Below are positions 50,611 to 60,402 of a stretch of DNA of 64,000 nt, piece after piece. The notes under the pieces are model-generated. The model worked only from the letters and a program-made list of their open reading frames with translations. It made no database searches and was not told the DNA's origin. Positions within the stretch are counted from its first letter, which is position 1; each line of letters begins with the position of its first letter. This stretch comes from a virus. The position numbers were made by a program, and so were the translations under genes. The stretch covers positions 32,001 through 96,000 of the IMG/VR virus record IMGVR_UViG_3300007609_000005. One strand, 5' to 3'.

Positions 50611-51111
50611 ATGGAACCATCTGTGGCTTTCACATCCTTCGGTATTCTTTTGGGCATTATATTCACTTGTATGTGTCTTCTAATATTCACCTTGACCATT
50701 TCAAATAAATCACTTAAAAATGAAGTGGATTCACTTAAAAAATATAGGGAGAAATTTTCAAAACGAAAGAATAAACTAAGAAAGGGAATTTATCAGACAA
50801 AATGGTTTAATGTTAAGGATAAAGAAATAAACCCAAACAACTATGCATCATGGTCTACGACTTTTACAGTACAAGAACTTGGAGAAAAGACCGGTAACAA
50901 AACAAAGGTTGAAATAATCGATTGCTTTTGTAGTGACCGTTCAAAGTTAGAAACATTGGATTATTATAAGAATTGGTTGAATGATAAATATGGTGGTTAT
51001 GTCGATTTGAGTAATATTGAATGGATAGAAACAAAGTCCAAAGACGAAATAAGGGGAGAAAAATTAGAAGAGATCCTATCTTCCGAAGATACAGATAAAC
51101 AATATTCATAA
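50611..51111 (+). CDS. N-terminal TM protein with C-terminal motif
   Basis: RGEKLEEIL; similar architecture to 54540-55004. Confidence 0.7.
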   Translation: MEPSVAFTSFGILLGIIFTCMCLLIFTLTISNKSLKNEVDSLKKYREKFSKRKNKLRKGIYQTKWFNVKDKEINPNNYASWSTTFTVQELGEKTGNKTKVEIIDCFCSDRSKLETLDYYKNWLNDKYGGYVDLSNIEWIETKSKDEIRGEKLEEILSSEDTDKQYS

Positions 51112-51176
51112 ATTAGTGGGATATGTATAAACAAACCATACAAAATATTCTATAATTAAAAAATAGAATATTATGA

Positions 51177-52376
51177 ATGGCAGTAAAGCTTATATTAACC
51201 CAGATAATGAAAGACGAGGCACACGTTGCCCATCGAATGCTGAATTCGATTAAACCCATTGTTGATGGCATCGTTGTTATCGATACCGGTTCAACAGACG
51301 ACTCTATAAATATCGTAAAGAAATGGGGTGAAGACAATGGTGTAGAAACACACGTATTCGAAAGACCATTTGATAACTTTGAAGACTCACGTAACGAATC
51401 TTTTAAAAAGGCAAGAGAAGTATTCCTTGGTCGAGATGATAATCACACTTACTACAATTTTTGGTTGGACTTTGATGAACAATTGATAATCGACCCAAGC
51501 TTCAAAAAGAATAAACTCAATAAAGACCTTTATATGTTCAACACATATATCAAGACGATGAAATATACTCGTAATGAACTATGTAGATTGGACAAGGATT
51601 TCCGATTCTATGGTCCGGTACATGAGTTTATTGTCCCGCCAAATGGACCAGATGGGAAACCCGATAAAACAATTACATCTGCACTCTTAGATGGTATTAC
51701 TGTCAAGGTTGAAATGGATGGTGGTTCATGGCAAGGTAATATATCACACAAATATAAATCACATGCACATTCATTGGAGAAATATATCGATGAAAGTAGG
51801 GAAGATCCGAGATGGGTATTTTACACTGCACAATCATATCACGACTCTGCATGTGTTCCGGAAAATAAACAAGAGAATGATGAACGGCTAAGAAGATCTT
51901 TGTACTATTATAAGGAAAGAGTTCAAAGACCAGATGGTTATTATGAGGAGATTTTCTACTCACAATACCGAATTGCCACGATAATGAGGGCAATGGAAGA
52001 ACCTTGGAACTTGTGTCTTAACGAATTCTTAAAGGCACATAGTATGGATCCACTAAGGGGAGAACCAATAAAAGCAATTTCCGATTATTATTTAGCACTT
52101 GGTGAATGGAATAATGCATATATATTCACCTCACTTGGTAAAAAGTTATACCATGGAAATAACCCATACCCAAAACGACTTCTTTTTGTTGATGAAACCA
52201 TGTATGTTTGGAAATTCTTGGAGGCACATGCGGCAGCCTGTTTTTATACAAATCGAAAATCTGAGGCAAAACAGACATATTTGGAAATGAGTTCAATAAT
52301 GAAATCTCAACCACAGTTTTTCACACAAGATGATATCCAAAAAATACAATCCAATGCACAGTTTTTCACTCAGTAG
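51177..52376 (+). CDS. Glycosyltransferase family 2 with TPR repeats
   Basis: IMKDE, DTGSTD, LDFDE, GPVHE, then a helical TPR region. Confidence 0.85.
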   Translation: MAVKLILTQIMKDEAHVAHRMLNSIKPIVDGIVVIDTGSTDDSINIVKKWGEDNGVETHVFERPFDNFEDSRNESFKKAREVFLGRDDNHTYYNFWLDFDEQLIIDPSFKKNKLNKDLYMFNTYIKTMKYTRNELCRLDKDFRFYGPVHEFIVPPNGPDGKPDKTITSALLDGITVKVEMDGGSWQGNISHKYKSHAHSLEKYIDESREDPRWVFYTAQSYHDSACVPENKQENDERLRRSLYYYKERVQRPDGYYEEIFYSQYRIATIMRAMEEPWNLCLNEFLKAHSMDPLRGEPIKAISDYYLALGEWNNAYIFTSLGKKLYHGNNPYPKRLLFVDETMYVWKFLEAHAAACFYTNRKSEAKQTYLEMSSIMKSQPQFFTQDDIQKIQSNAQFFTQ

Positions 52377-52380
52377 TTTT

Positions 52381-52740
52381 GTGAATAATGCAATAGACCT
52401 CTTCATAGTTTTTTGTTATTTCCTTGGTGAAAGGAAGTTACCAAAATATGTGAAGAGGTCTTTTTTATTCAATAATGAACTTGAAGTAAAAGTTTGGGCA
52501 CTTACTGGAAATGAGGAGGATATAACAGATGCCATCAACTCAGTATTCTTATTTGAAAAACCCACTATCACTAATTTCCATAAACTAAGAAAACACAAAC
52601 TATTGAGTAAATTCATAGAATTATGTTTAAAAAGGGAAATTTATACAAAGCCAAAGTCAATGCTGCCATATATTAGGTGTACAACAGAATCCATACAAGT
52701 AGCCAGACGTAAAAAACTTAAAAAGATATTAGGTAAATAG
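52381..52740 (+). CDS. Hypothetical protein with C-terminal motif
   Basis: Ends RRKKLKKILGK; start uncertain. Confidence 0.6.
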   Translation: MNNAIDLFIVFCYFLGERKLPKYVKRSFLFNNELEVKVWALTGNEEDITDAINSVFLFEKPTITNFHKLRKHKLLSKFIELCLKREIYTKPKSMLPYIRCTTESIQVARRKKLKKILGK

Positions 52741-52794
52741 GTTCATTTAACTAAATGCAAACCTTGTTTCAGGACTATCAATCAAATATTTCGA

Positions 52795-53295
52795 TTAAGC
52801 AAATAAATCTTCATCTGGCCCACTCATTCCGTCCAATTCAATTCCATCTATAAAATTGAAAAGTTCTATCAGATATTTATCTTTAATATCCTCTATATAC
52901 CCATTTATTATCGATGGGTCCAATGATACTTCTTCTGTCTGAATATCTTTCCACTCACCCACTTCATAATTCTCATCAGGATCATCTGCAGAAACTTTTT
53001 TATAAAGAGTTATCCCAAGAGTATATTGGTGATTGTGAAATAAATCAACTTCTATTTGATAGTTTTCATTTTCTGTTACCCAAGTTATATCGTCTGTATC
53101 ATAATTGTGTTCCAATGCAAACCCACGGAGTTCGTGTCTAAGTGGCCACTTCTCGTAGTACTCATCATATAATAAATCATCAAGTTCTTTGGATATTCTA
53201 TCCATATCCTCTGCCTCAGAATCCACACCAACTAATTCACCTTTATCATTTACCATAAATGATTCTTTGAATTTATTATATTTAAGTAATGCCAT
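52795..53295 (-). CDS. Acidic hypothetical protein (MALLKYNKFKE)
   Basis: TATATA promoter and N-terminal motif. Confidence 0.7.
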   Translation of the reverse strand: MALLKYNKFKESFMVNDKGELVGVDSEAEDMDRISKELDDLLYDEYYEKWPLRHELRGFALEHNYDTDDITWVTENENYQIEVDLFHNHQYTLGITLYKKVSADDPDENYEVGEWKDIQTEEVSLDPSIINGYIEDIKDKYLIELFNFIDGIELDGMSGPDEDLFA

Positions 53296-53336
53296 TATTC
53301 TTTGTTTTCTTATATATTAATATTACCTTTGTATAA

Positions 53337-53987
53337 ATGAGTAAGTACGGATCAACATTTCATTTACCATTCTCACCTGGTCTATCAAGAGATGATAAAA
53401 GGTCAAATGACCAATCACAATTGTTAGGTAAGGAAATAATCATTACTGAGAAATTAGATGGCGAGAACACGGGGATAACAAGGCCCGGAGTTTATGCAAG
53501 AAGTCATGTTGAATTCACAAAAAACCCTTGGGCAACAATGGTTCGACAATTACACGGTCGAATCGGATATGAAATACCGGAAAATGTATTTCTATTCGGT
53601 GAAAATATGGAAGGTATCCATAGTATTGAGTATTCAAATCTAACATCACCTTTCTACCTTTTCGGAATCCGAGAGAATACAACTTGGTGGTCTTGGGATG
53701 AAGTTGAAGAATGGGCTTACCTTTTGGACATACCAGTTGCCCCCGTTCTCTTCCGAGGAAGTGTGGAATCCATAAAAGAATTACAAAACAAAATTGAAAC
53801 TTTTATGGAAAGTGGTTCTATATTAGGTGGTCTTATAGAAGGGGTTGTTGTAAGAACAGCCACCGAATTTGAAGATAGTGAGTTCCAAACACACGTACAA
53901 AAGTATGTAAGAGAGAACCATGTTCAAACTGATGAACACTGGAGAGTGAATTGGAAAAGAGCAAACATTAAATTTGGAAATATTTAA
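53337..53987 (+). CDS. RNA ligase family protein
   Basis: TEKLDGEN (motif I), FGEN, EGVVVR, KYVR. Confidence 0.85.
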   Translation: MSKYGSTFHLPFSPGLSRDDKRSNDQSQLLGKEIIITEKLDGENTGITRPGVYARSHVEFTKNPWATMVRQLHGRIGYEIPENVFLFGENMEGIHSIEYSNLTSPFYLFGIRENTTWWSWDEVEEWAYLLDIPVAPVLFRGSVESIKELQNKIETFMESGSILGGLIEGVVVRTATEFEDSEFQTHVQKYVRENHVQTDEHWRVNWKRANIKFGNI

Positions 53988-54018
53988 TGTTATCAATAAT
54001 TAGAAAAACGAATAAAAG

Positions 54019-54519
54019 ATGACAACAACAATCAAAAATCAAAAACTGTTTTGTTCTAAATGTGGTGGGGAATTTTCACTACAATACCCATTAGGAGTGT
54101 CCGAACTAGCAGAAAAAACCAAAGCATTTGACGAGTTACACAAAGACTGTAAACAAACTTGGACCGAACCAAAAGCAGATCAAACAAAAAGTATAAAAGA
54201 AAAGGCCATATGGTGGATGGGATGTGGTGAAAGGGGAATGAGTTCCGAAACAATGTGGAATTTTTTTATGGGTGAAAGAAACTTCCCAATCCATCACCCA
54301 TATGACCCTGGCGATTTCAAACGATGCTACAAACTATTGGAAGCCGTTCCGGAATGGAAAACGGAACTTTATGAACTCAAATCACTGTCAACTGCTTGGA
54401 GCAACTTAGTTGATAATTGGCCCGAACTAACCGAAATGTTTGAGGAAAATGTAAGAACTGAATGGAAGGAAACCAAACGAATTGGTATGTATGAATTTAT
54501 GCAGACCTTAATTCGTTAA
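54019..54519 (+). CDS. Conserved hypothetical protein
   Basis: GMSS, PYDPGDFKRC. Confidence 0.7.
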   Translation: MTTTIKNQKLFCSKCGGEFSLQYPLGVSELAEKTKAFDELHKDCKQTWTEPKADQTKSIKEKAIWWMGCGERGMSSETMWNFFMGERNFPIHHPYDPGDFKRCYKLLEAVPEWKTELYELKSLSTAWSNLVDNWPELTEMFEENVRTEWKETKRIGMYEFMQTLIR

Positions 54520-54539
54520 TAGAGATAAAAAAGTATCAA

Positions 54540-55004
54540 ATGAAACCATTGACAATGTATATTATTTGTGCGTTATTAATACTTGCAATAATTATAACTG
54601 TTATATCATATCAATCCAAAATTAATTCACTGAATAAAGAATATCATGGGTCAATATCAACTGTGAAAAACTACTTAAAAGACCAACGATCATTAAAGGT
54701 AGGTGATGTCGGTATTATTCGTAACTATAAATTGGAAGTCACATCCACCGGTGAAAATTTTAAAGTTGACTTTGAAGTTATAATAACTGATGTGAGTGAG
54801 AAAGATGCAAAAATTCAAATAACTGATATGTCAAGTGTTTATTCATATGCAAAAGACCCATCAAACCATCAAAGCATAATAAACTTTGTTGATAAAACTT
54901 GGGTATCAAAATCTACAATAAGTCCAATTATCGGAGCAAAATCATTAAGAAACGATAAGATAGAAAAGTTATTAAACGAATACGAAGATAAAGAAAATGA
55001 TTAA
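54540..55004 (+). CDS. N-terminal TM protein with C-terminal motif
   Basis: RNDKIEKLL. Confidence 0.7.
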   Translation: MKPLTMYIICALLILAIIITVISYQSKINSLNKEYHGSISTVKNYLKDQRSLKVGDVGIIRNYKLEVTSTGENFKVDFEVIITDVSEKDAKIQITDMSSVYSYAKDPSNHQSIINFVDKTWVSKSTISPIIGAKSLRNDKIEKLLNEYEDKEND

Positions 55005-55473
55005 ATTAGTAGTTGCAATGTCTAATAACCATGTAATTGGCAAAGACAATAAACTTATATGGAAACAATCCAATGACCTTAAAAGGTTCAAAGAACTTAC
55101 ATCCGGAAACACATGTATAATGGGTCGTAAAACATTTGAATCTATTGGAAAACCCCTTCCAAACCGAAAAAACTGCATCATTTCAAGAACACACCAGTCA
55201 ATAGAAGGGTGTCATGTATATGACTCATTGGAAGTTGCCTTACAAGACAACCCGGAATGCTTTGTTATAGGTGGTTCTACAATATACGAACAAACAATCA
55301 ATAAAGCAGATGAAATATATCTCACACTTGTTGATTGTGTAGTAGAGGGCGATGCATTCTTCCCACAATTTGAAGGATTCAAGATTGAATCCGAAGAACA
55401 ATACACAAAGGATGATAAAAACCAATATGACTACAAATTTATTAAATATACAAAAGAAAACAACAATGAATAA
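54997..55473 (+). CDS. folA: Dihydrofolate reductase
   Basis: VIG, DLKRFK, MGRKTFESI, PLPNR, IGG, GDAFFP. Confidence 0.95.
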   Translation: MIKLVVAMSNNHVIGKDNKLIWKQSNDLKRFKELTSGNTCIMGRKTFESIGKPLPNRKNCIISRTHQSIEGCHVYDSLEVALQDNPECFVIGGSTIYEQTINKADEIYLTLVDCVVEGDAFFPQFEGFKIESEEQYTKDDKNQYDYKFIKYTKENNNE

Positions 55474-55861
55474 CTCAACAGATGAAAACGATACTAAGAA
55501 ATATATGATGAAATTAAAATCCATCATAGTTCATAATATGAAGAATTCAGAATGGTCATTTGGCGATACAAATGATGAATTTGTATCAGAATACATAGAA
55601 ATATTTTACAACACCACATTTCAACAATGGAAGATTACAATATACACAAGTAAAGAACCAACAATCATAAATACCATAAATGCACCTCAATTATTCAATT
55701 GGTTCGAGTTTCATTATTACCGTGTTTTCTATATTGTTAAAAGTGCCAAAAACCACGTGAAAAGAAAAGAAGAAAAACGATTGGCCAAAATAACCAAATC
55801 CTTTATTGAGAATAACCAATCCGAAAATAGAAATGCTATATTTGAAGAATTACTAAATTAA
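55466..55861 (+). CDS. Hypothetical protein with C-terminal motif
   Basis: Ends RNAIFEELLN. Confidence 0.65.
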   Translation: MNNSTDENDTKKYMMKLKSIIVHNMKNSEWSFGDTNDEFVSEYIEIFYNTTFQQWKITIYTSKEPTIINTINAPQLFNWFEFHYYRVFYIVKSAKNHVKRKEEKRLAKITKSFIENNQSENRNAIFEELLN

Positions 55862-56704
55862 CTAGCCAACCTTTATCATTAAACAAGGTTGGTCGGTCCA
55901 ACATTCTGTCCGACTATCACGGTCAATAGTAGTCTCATTATTATATTCCAATAATTGAAATTCACCGATATATTTAGAACCCATAGGGTCAATAATCTCA
56001 TCTAGTACATCATAAAACCCATTAGGGTAATTCCTTTTGAATCTCAATAGATCCTCTTTTGTATCAAACCATTTATGCCCAGCTTGATCAAATTTGCTTT
56101 TGACAATTGGGTTTTTCTCAATATCTATTTCTTGACACCGTTTCTTAAAATCATCCAATGATAGATCTTTGGGTGCATCACCTGCATAATAATAGTCAAC
56201 CAATTTTTTTGTCAGTGAATCGATATCCAATGAGCGTACATTCAATTTATTATCAACTGTCCATAGTCCAACACCAAATGAACTCCATATATCACTTGAT
56301 GGTGTGAATGCAACCAAAGAATTTTCCTTTATCGGGATTACTCTATAAAGATTCTTACCATATACACTCAATCCATAATCCTTTGTCGAACATATAACAC
56401 TTTCTGACCTATTTGGCCACCCTTTCCATTCATCTATGAATAGTTGATATAATACCGGTGAATGCCTTGGACCCCTTTTATGTTTTTTTGGATCAATAAA
56501 CCTTACTGCAGAATCTGCATCGACCATCCGGTACATTTTAGTCTCACAATTTTCCCAATCATACCAAGGTGCATATTTATCAAGTGCTTCCTCTTTGGTC
56601 ATTTCAAGTTTTTCTGCACGGCTTTTATTTTTATAACCATACTTCTTCCATGGATCATTGGGGTTACTATCTTCATTCACAAATTGATCAAATTTAAATA
56701 TCAT
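55862..56704 (-). CDS. Hypothetical protein (MIFKFDQFVNE), possibly R-S-E ART-like
   Basis: TATATA promoter; MYR...SVICST...TECW. Confidence 0.6.
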   Translation of the reverse strand: MIFKFDQFVNEDSNPNDPWKKYGYKNKSRAEKLEMTKEEALDKYAPWYDWENCETKMYRMVDADSAVRFIDPKKHKRGPRHSPVLYQLFIDEWKGWPNRSESVICSTKDYGLSVYGKNLYRVIPIKENSLVAFTPSSDIWSSFGVGLWTVDNKLNVRSLDIDSLTKKLVDYYYAGDAPKDLSLDDFKKRCQEIDIEKNPIVKSKFDQAGHKWFDTKEDLLRFKRNYPNGFYDVLDEIIDPMGSKYIGEFQLLEYNNETTIDRDSRTECWTDQPCLMIKVG

Positions 56705-56743
56705 AACATATATATTCAGTTATATGTTCCTCAATTAACCAAA

Positions 56744-56878
56744 TGACATTTTGTCAGTATTATTCAATACATTTTTCACAAATTGTCTCATTTTTTTTAA
56801 TTTACATATAAACTTTGCCAACTTTAATGCATATATTACACATCGATGCCGTTGAAACCAAATGGCATTGAAATTGTA
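56744..56878 (+). promoter_or_regulatory. Possible sigma54-type promoter with upstream palindrome for dnaK
   Basis: TGGCA-TTGAAA-TTGT (56863-56877; GG-N10-GT) and TGACA-TTT-TGTCA (56744-56756). Confidence 0.45.
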
Positions 56879-56904
56879 CATAGAACATAAAAACAATATA
56901 AATT

Positions 56905-58785
56905 ATGAGTAAAGAAACAACAATAATAGGAATCGACCTCGGAACAACAAACTCTGCTGTATCCGTTGTAGAAAATGGAGAATCAGTTATCATACCCAAC
57001 AGTGAGGGCAAAAGAACTACACCTTCCATTATAGCATTCACCAAAGACGAAAGAAAAGTTGGTGATTCTGCTAAAAGACAAGCAGTTACCAATCCAGAAA
57101 AAACAATCTATTCAATTAAAAGATTTATCGGTAAAGATTTTACAAAATGTAAGGATGAAGTAAAACGTGTCCCATACAAAGTTACTAAGACCGGTAACAA
57201 CGTACCTGCTGTATCAATTGATGATAAGAACTATACACCTCAGGAAATTTCTGCAATGGTCTTACAGAAGATGAAAAAGACCGCAGAGGATTATCTTGGA
57301 CATGATGTTGAAAGAGCAGTCGTGACAGTACCCGCATATTTTGGGGATGCTGAACGACAAGCAACAATCGAAGCCGGTGAAATTGCCGGGCTTAAAATTG
57401 AGAGAATTATCAATGAACCAACTGCTGCTTCTCTTGCATATGGTCTTGATAAAAAGGCCAATGATACCAAGATCCTTGTGTTTGACCTTGGTGGCGGAAC
57501 ACATGACGTATCAATCCTTGATATTGGTGATGGTGTATTTGAAGTACTTGCGACCGAAGGAGATGTTCATTTAGGTGGAGATGATTTTGATAACAAGATT
57601 ATTGACCATATGGTTAATGATTTCAAATCACAACATAACTTGGATGTATCCAAAGACCCAATGGCACTACAAAGACTTAAAGAAGCAGCAGAAAAGGCAA
57701 AAATTGAGTTATCTTCATCAACATCAACAGATATCAATTTGCCATACTTGATGCCTGGTTCAGATGGTGTCCCTGTACATTATACATCAACGATGACCAG
57801 ATCAGACTTTAACAAGATCACATCTGACCTTGTTGACCGAGCAATTTCAAGTGCTAAGAAAGCACTGAAAGCCAAAAAACTAAAAAAGGATGATATCAGT
57901 GAGATTATCCTTGTAGGTGGTTCAACACGAATCCCTGCTATTCAAGAAGCACTTAAAAAAGAATTCGGCAAAGAACCAAACAAGAGTGTAAATCCCGATG
58001 AAGTTGTTGCTATGGGTGCTGCTATTCAAGGTGCTGTACTTACAGGAACAATAAATGATGTCCTCTTACTTGATGTAACACCACTCTCACTTGGTATTGA
58101 AACAATGGGAGGTGTTTTCACCAAATTGATCGAGGCAAATACAACCATCCCAACAAAGAAATCAGAAACATTTTCAACGGCTGCTGATAACCAACCATCG
58201 GTTGAGGTACATGTTCTTCAAGGAGAAAGACCAATGGCAAAAGATAATAAATCACTTGGTCGTTTCCACTTAGATGGAATTATGCCTGCCCCAAGAGGAA
58301 TTCCTCAGATTGAAGTTCTCTTTGATATTGATGCAAACGGAGTCCTATCTGTATCTGCAAAAGACAATGCATCCGGCAAAGAAAACCAAATCCGTATTGA
58401 AGGTGGTTCTCAATTATCAGAAGAAGAAATAGAAAGAATGAAGGCGGAAGCCGAAGAAAATGCAGAGGCTGATAGAGTTGAAAAGGAAAAAGTTGATAAA
58501 TTGAACACTGCAGATACTCTCATCTTCCAAACAGAGAAACAGATCAAGGAATTCGAGGACAAACTTGAAGATTCTGATAAAGAAGAACTAAATGAGAAAT
58601 TGGAAAGCCTCCGTGAATCATATAAATCACAAGATATTGATTCAATAGATGAATCTGTTGAGGCATTAAACACAACGTGGACATCCATCTCACAAAAATT
58701 GTATCAACAAACAGAGTCAACTGATACACCAGGAGAAACCGGTGATGATGACGTAACAGATGTTGATTTCGAAGAGGTGAAGTAA
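56905..58785 (+). CDS. dnaK: Chaperone DnaK (Hsp70)
   Basis: [35 protein letters not shown]. Confidence 0.98.
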   Translation: MSKETTIIGIDLGTTNSAVSVVENGESVIIPNSEGKRTTPSIIAFTKDERKVGDSAKRQAVTNPEKTIYSIKRFIGKDFTKCKDEVKRVPYKVTKTGNNVPAVSIDDKNYTPQEISAMVLQKMKKTAEDYLGHDVERAVVTVPAYFGDAERQATIEAGEIAGLKIERIINEPTAASLAYGLDKKANDTKILVFDLGGGTHDVSILDIGDGVFEVLATEGDVHLGGDDFDNKIIDHMVNDFKSQHNLDVSKDPMALQRLKEAAEKAKIELSSSTSTDINLPYLMPGSDGVPVHYTSTMTRSDFNKITSDLVDRAISSAKKALKAKKLKKDDISEIILVGGSTRIPAIQEALKKEFGKEPNKSVNPDEVVAMGAAIQGAVLTGTINDVLLLDVTPLSLGIETMGGVFTKLIEANTTIPTKKSETFSTAADNQPSVEVHVLQGERPMAKDNKSLGRFHLDGIMPAPRGIPQIEVLFDIDANGVLSVSAKDNASGKENQIRIEGGSQLSEEEIERMKAEAEENAEADRVEKEKVDKLNTADTLIFQTEKQIKEFEDKLEDSDKEELNEKLESLRESYKSQDIDSIDESVEALNTTWTSISQKLYQQTESTDTPGETGDDDVTDVDFEEVK

Positions 58786-58950
58786 GTTAAATTGGCCGGG
58801 TACTTTATGGTATCCGGTCAAAATAATACCAAGAAACGTTATAAATTCAGTGACAAATTCAAATATATCAAGAAAGATTAATGACTTTTTTGAAACTTAA
58901 TTGATACCCAACCTTATAAGAGTACATACAAAAAAGAATAAAAATCACAT

Positions 58951-59439
58951 ATGACAATTAAAGTTTATCCAGAAGACCTCATAAAATTAGGAGTATGGGA
59001 CTCTTATGTTTATTATGTTGTAGGATCAGAATCCGAAGCAGAAGAACAACTTAAAAAGAATGAAGAATTTGAAATCAAAGACACCGATGCATTGGTCATT
59101 GGACTATTGAAAGTTATCGAAACCAACAACCTCATTCACAGATTGAATGGTTATGTGACAGACTTCTTAACAAATAAGTCAAGTAAGATGCAGGGGAAAG
59201 CACTCATTCGCAAAAAACTCATACTCAGTGCCTTTGATAAGTTCCGTAACAAATACCCATCTTATTGGGATGCCCCAATAGATTACAAGAATGGCATTGA
59301 TAATATGGATAAGTATATTGAATCAGTTGTGGAAAAAATAGAGAATTTAGAAACACATAAAGTGACTATTCAATTCGGAACTTTTGAATACCTTAGTTCA
59401 AAACAAGTTAAAAAATTATTAGAATTCAATTATCAATGA
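58951..59439 (+). CDS. Hypothetical protein
   Basis: 162 aa ORF after AAAC-N18-TATA. Confidence 0.7.
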   Translation: MTIKVYPEDLIKLGVWDSYVYYVVGSESEAEEQLKKNEEFEIKDTDALVIGLLKVIETNNLIHRLNGYVTDFLTNKSSKMQGKALIRKKLILSAFDKFRNKYPSYWDAPIDYKNGIDNMDKYIESVVEKIENLETHKVTIQFGTFEYLSSKQVKKLLEFNYQ

Positions 59440-59957
59440 TGGAAACAAAAAGCATTCAAAATATCCAAGATAAGATAACAGTAGACCAAGATGGAAATCC
59501 GGTCATTATCACTGACCAAGATGGAAACAAACATAATTTGCAAAAACTTCTTGATGATTATGCAAATTACAAAACCGAAGATCTTAAATTAAGGAACATT
59601 GCTGAGATTTCAAACATTAAGAAAAGAAAAGCCATTGAACTAAGAGATAGGACTGATAAGGTGAAGTTTGATTCACTTGAATCACTTATTGAATTAGATG
59701 ACGACTTTTACAAAGCATCTAAAATGCTCAATGATGAACAACTTGCAATCATCAAACCCTTTAACGATAAACTGAAAGGAATTCTAACCAAGAATGGTAT
59801 ATCTGATATAGAACCAAGTGAATATGATTCAGACCAACAAGAAGTAATTTCTGTTGTTCAATCAAACCAAAATAAGATTGATGTTATATCAAAAGGCTAT
59901 AAAATAGGTGAACATATATTAAGACACCCAAAAGTAGTTTTATTTAAAAATGCCTAA
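59436..59957 (+). CDS. grpE: Divergent nucleotide exchange factor GrpE
   Basis: AEISNIKKR, C-terminal KGYKIGEHILRHPKVV; lies between dnaK and dnaJ. Confidence 0.8.
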   Translation: MMETKSIQNIQDKITVDQDGNPVIITDQDGNKHNLQKLLDDYANYKTEDLKLRNIAEISNIKKRKAIELRDRTDKVKFDSLESLIELDDDFYKASKMLNDEQLAIIKPFNDKLKGILTKNGISDIEPSEYDSDQQEVISVVQSNQNKIDVISKGYKIGEHILRHPKVVLFKNA

Positions 59958-60402
59958 TGTCGATAGAACATTTGACTACAACCACCCAAGATTAGACAAT
60001 GGTCAATATAACAAAGCATCTATTATACACTATATGAATTTTGATAGATTCGAATCACTTGAACACTTAGACGAAGGCACATTCACTCTTATGTTTCATA
60101 GGATATACACTGATGTGTATTTAGATACACCCGAAATATTGAACAATAAGAAAGATAGATTGAATCTCTTCCAACTGTTATTTGATTGGGAGGAATTTTA
60201 TGACATAGCATATAAACAGGCCATAGAAAACAGTAACATATTTGATAATTTTGATCATGTTGATAAAGACATTAAACTTTTATACACGATATCAGATAAT
60301 CATGTTGGTAAAATATTAGAACAAACTATGAATGTTTTACAAGAAGATGTTAAAAAGGAAATAAGAAGATTGAAAATGCAAAAAATAACTGATCAGAAAT
60401 GA
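59950..60402 (+). CDS. Hypothetical protein with C-terminal motif variant
   Basis: Ends [13 protein letters not shown]. Confidence 0.65.
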   Translation: MPNVDRTFDYNHPRLDNGQYNKASIIHYMNFDRFESLEHLDEGTFTLMFHRIYTDVYLDTPEILNNKKDRLNLFQLLFDWEEFYDIAYKQAIENSNIFDNFDHVDKDIKLLYTISDNHVGKILEQTMNVLQEDVKKEIRRLKMQKITDQK

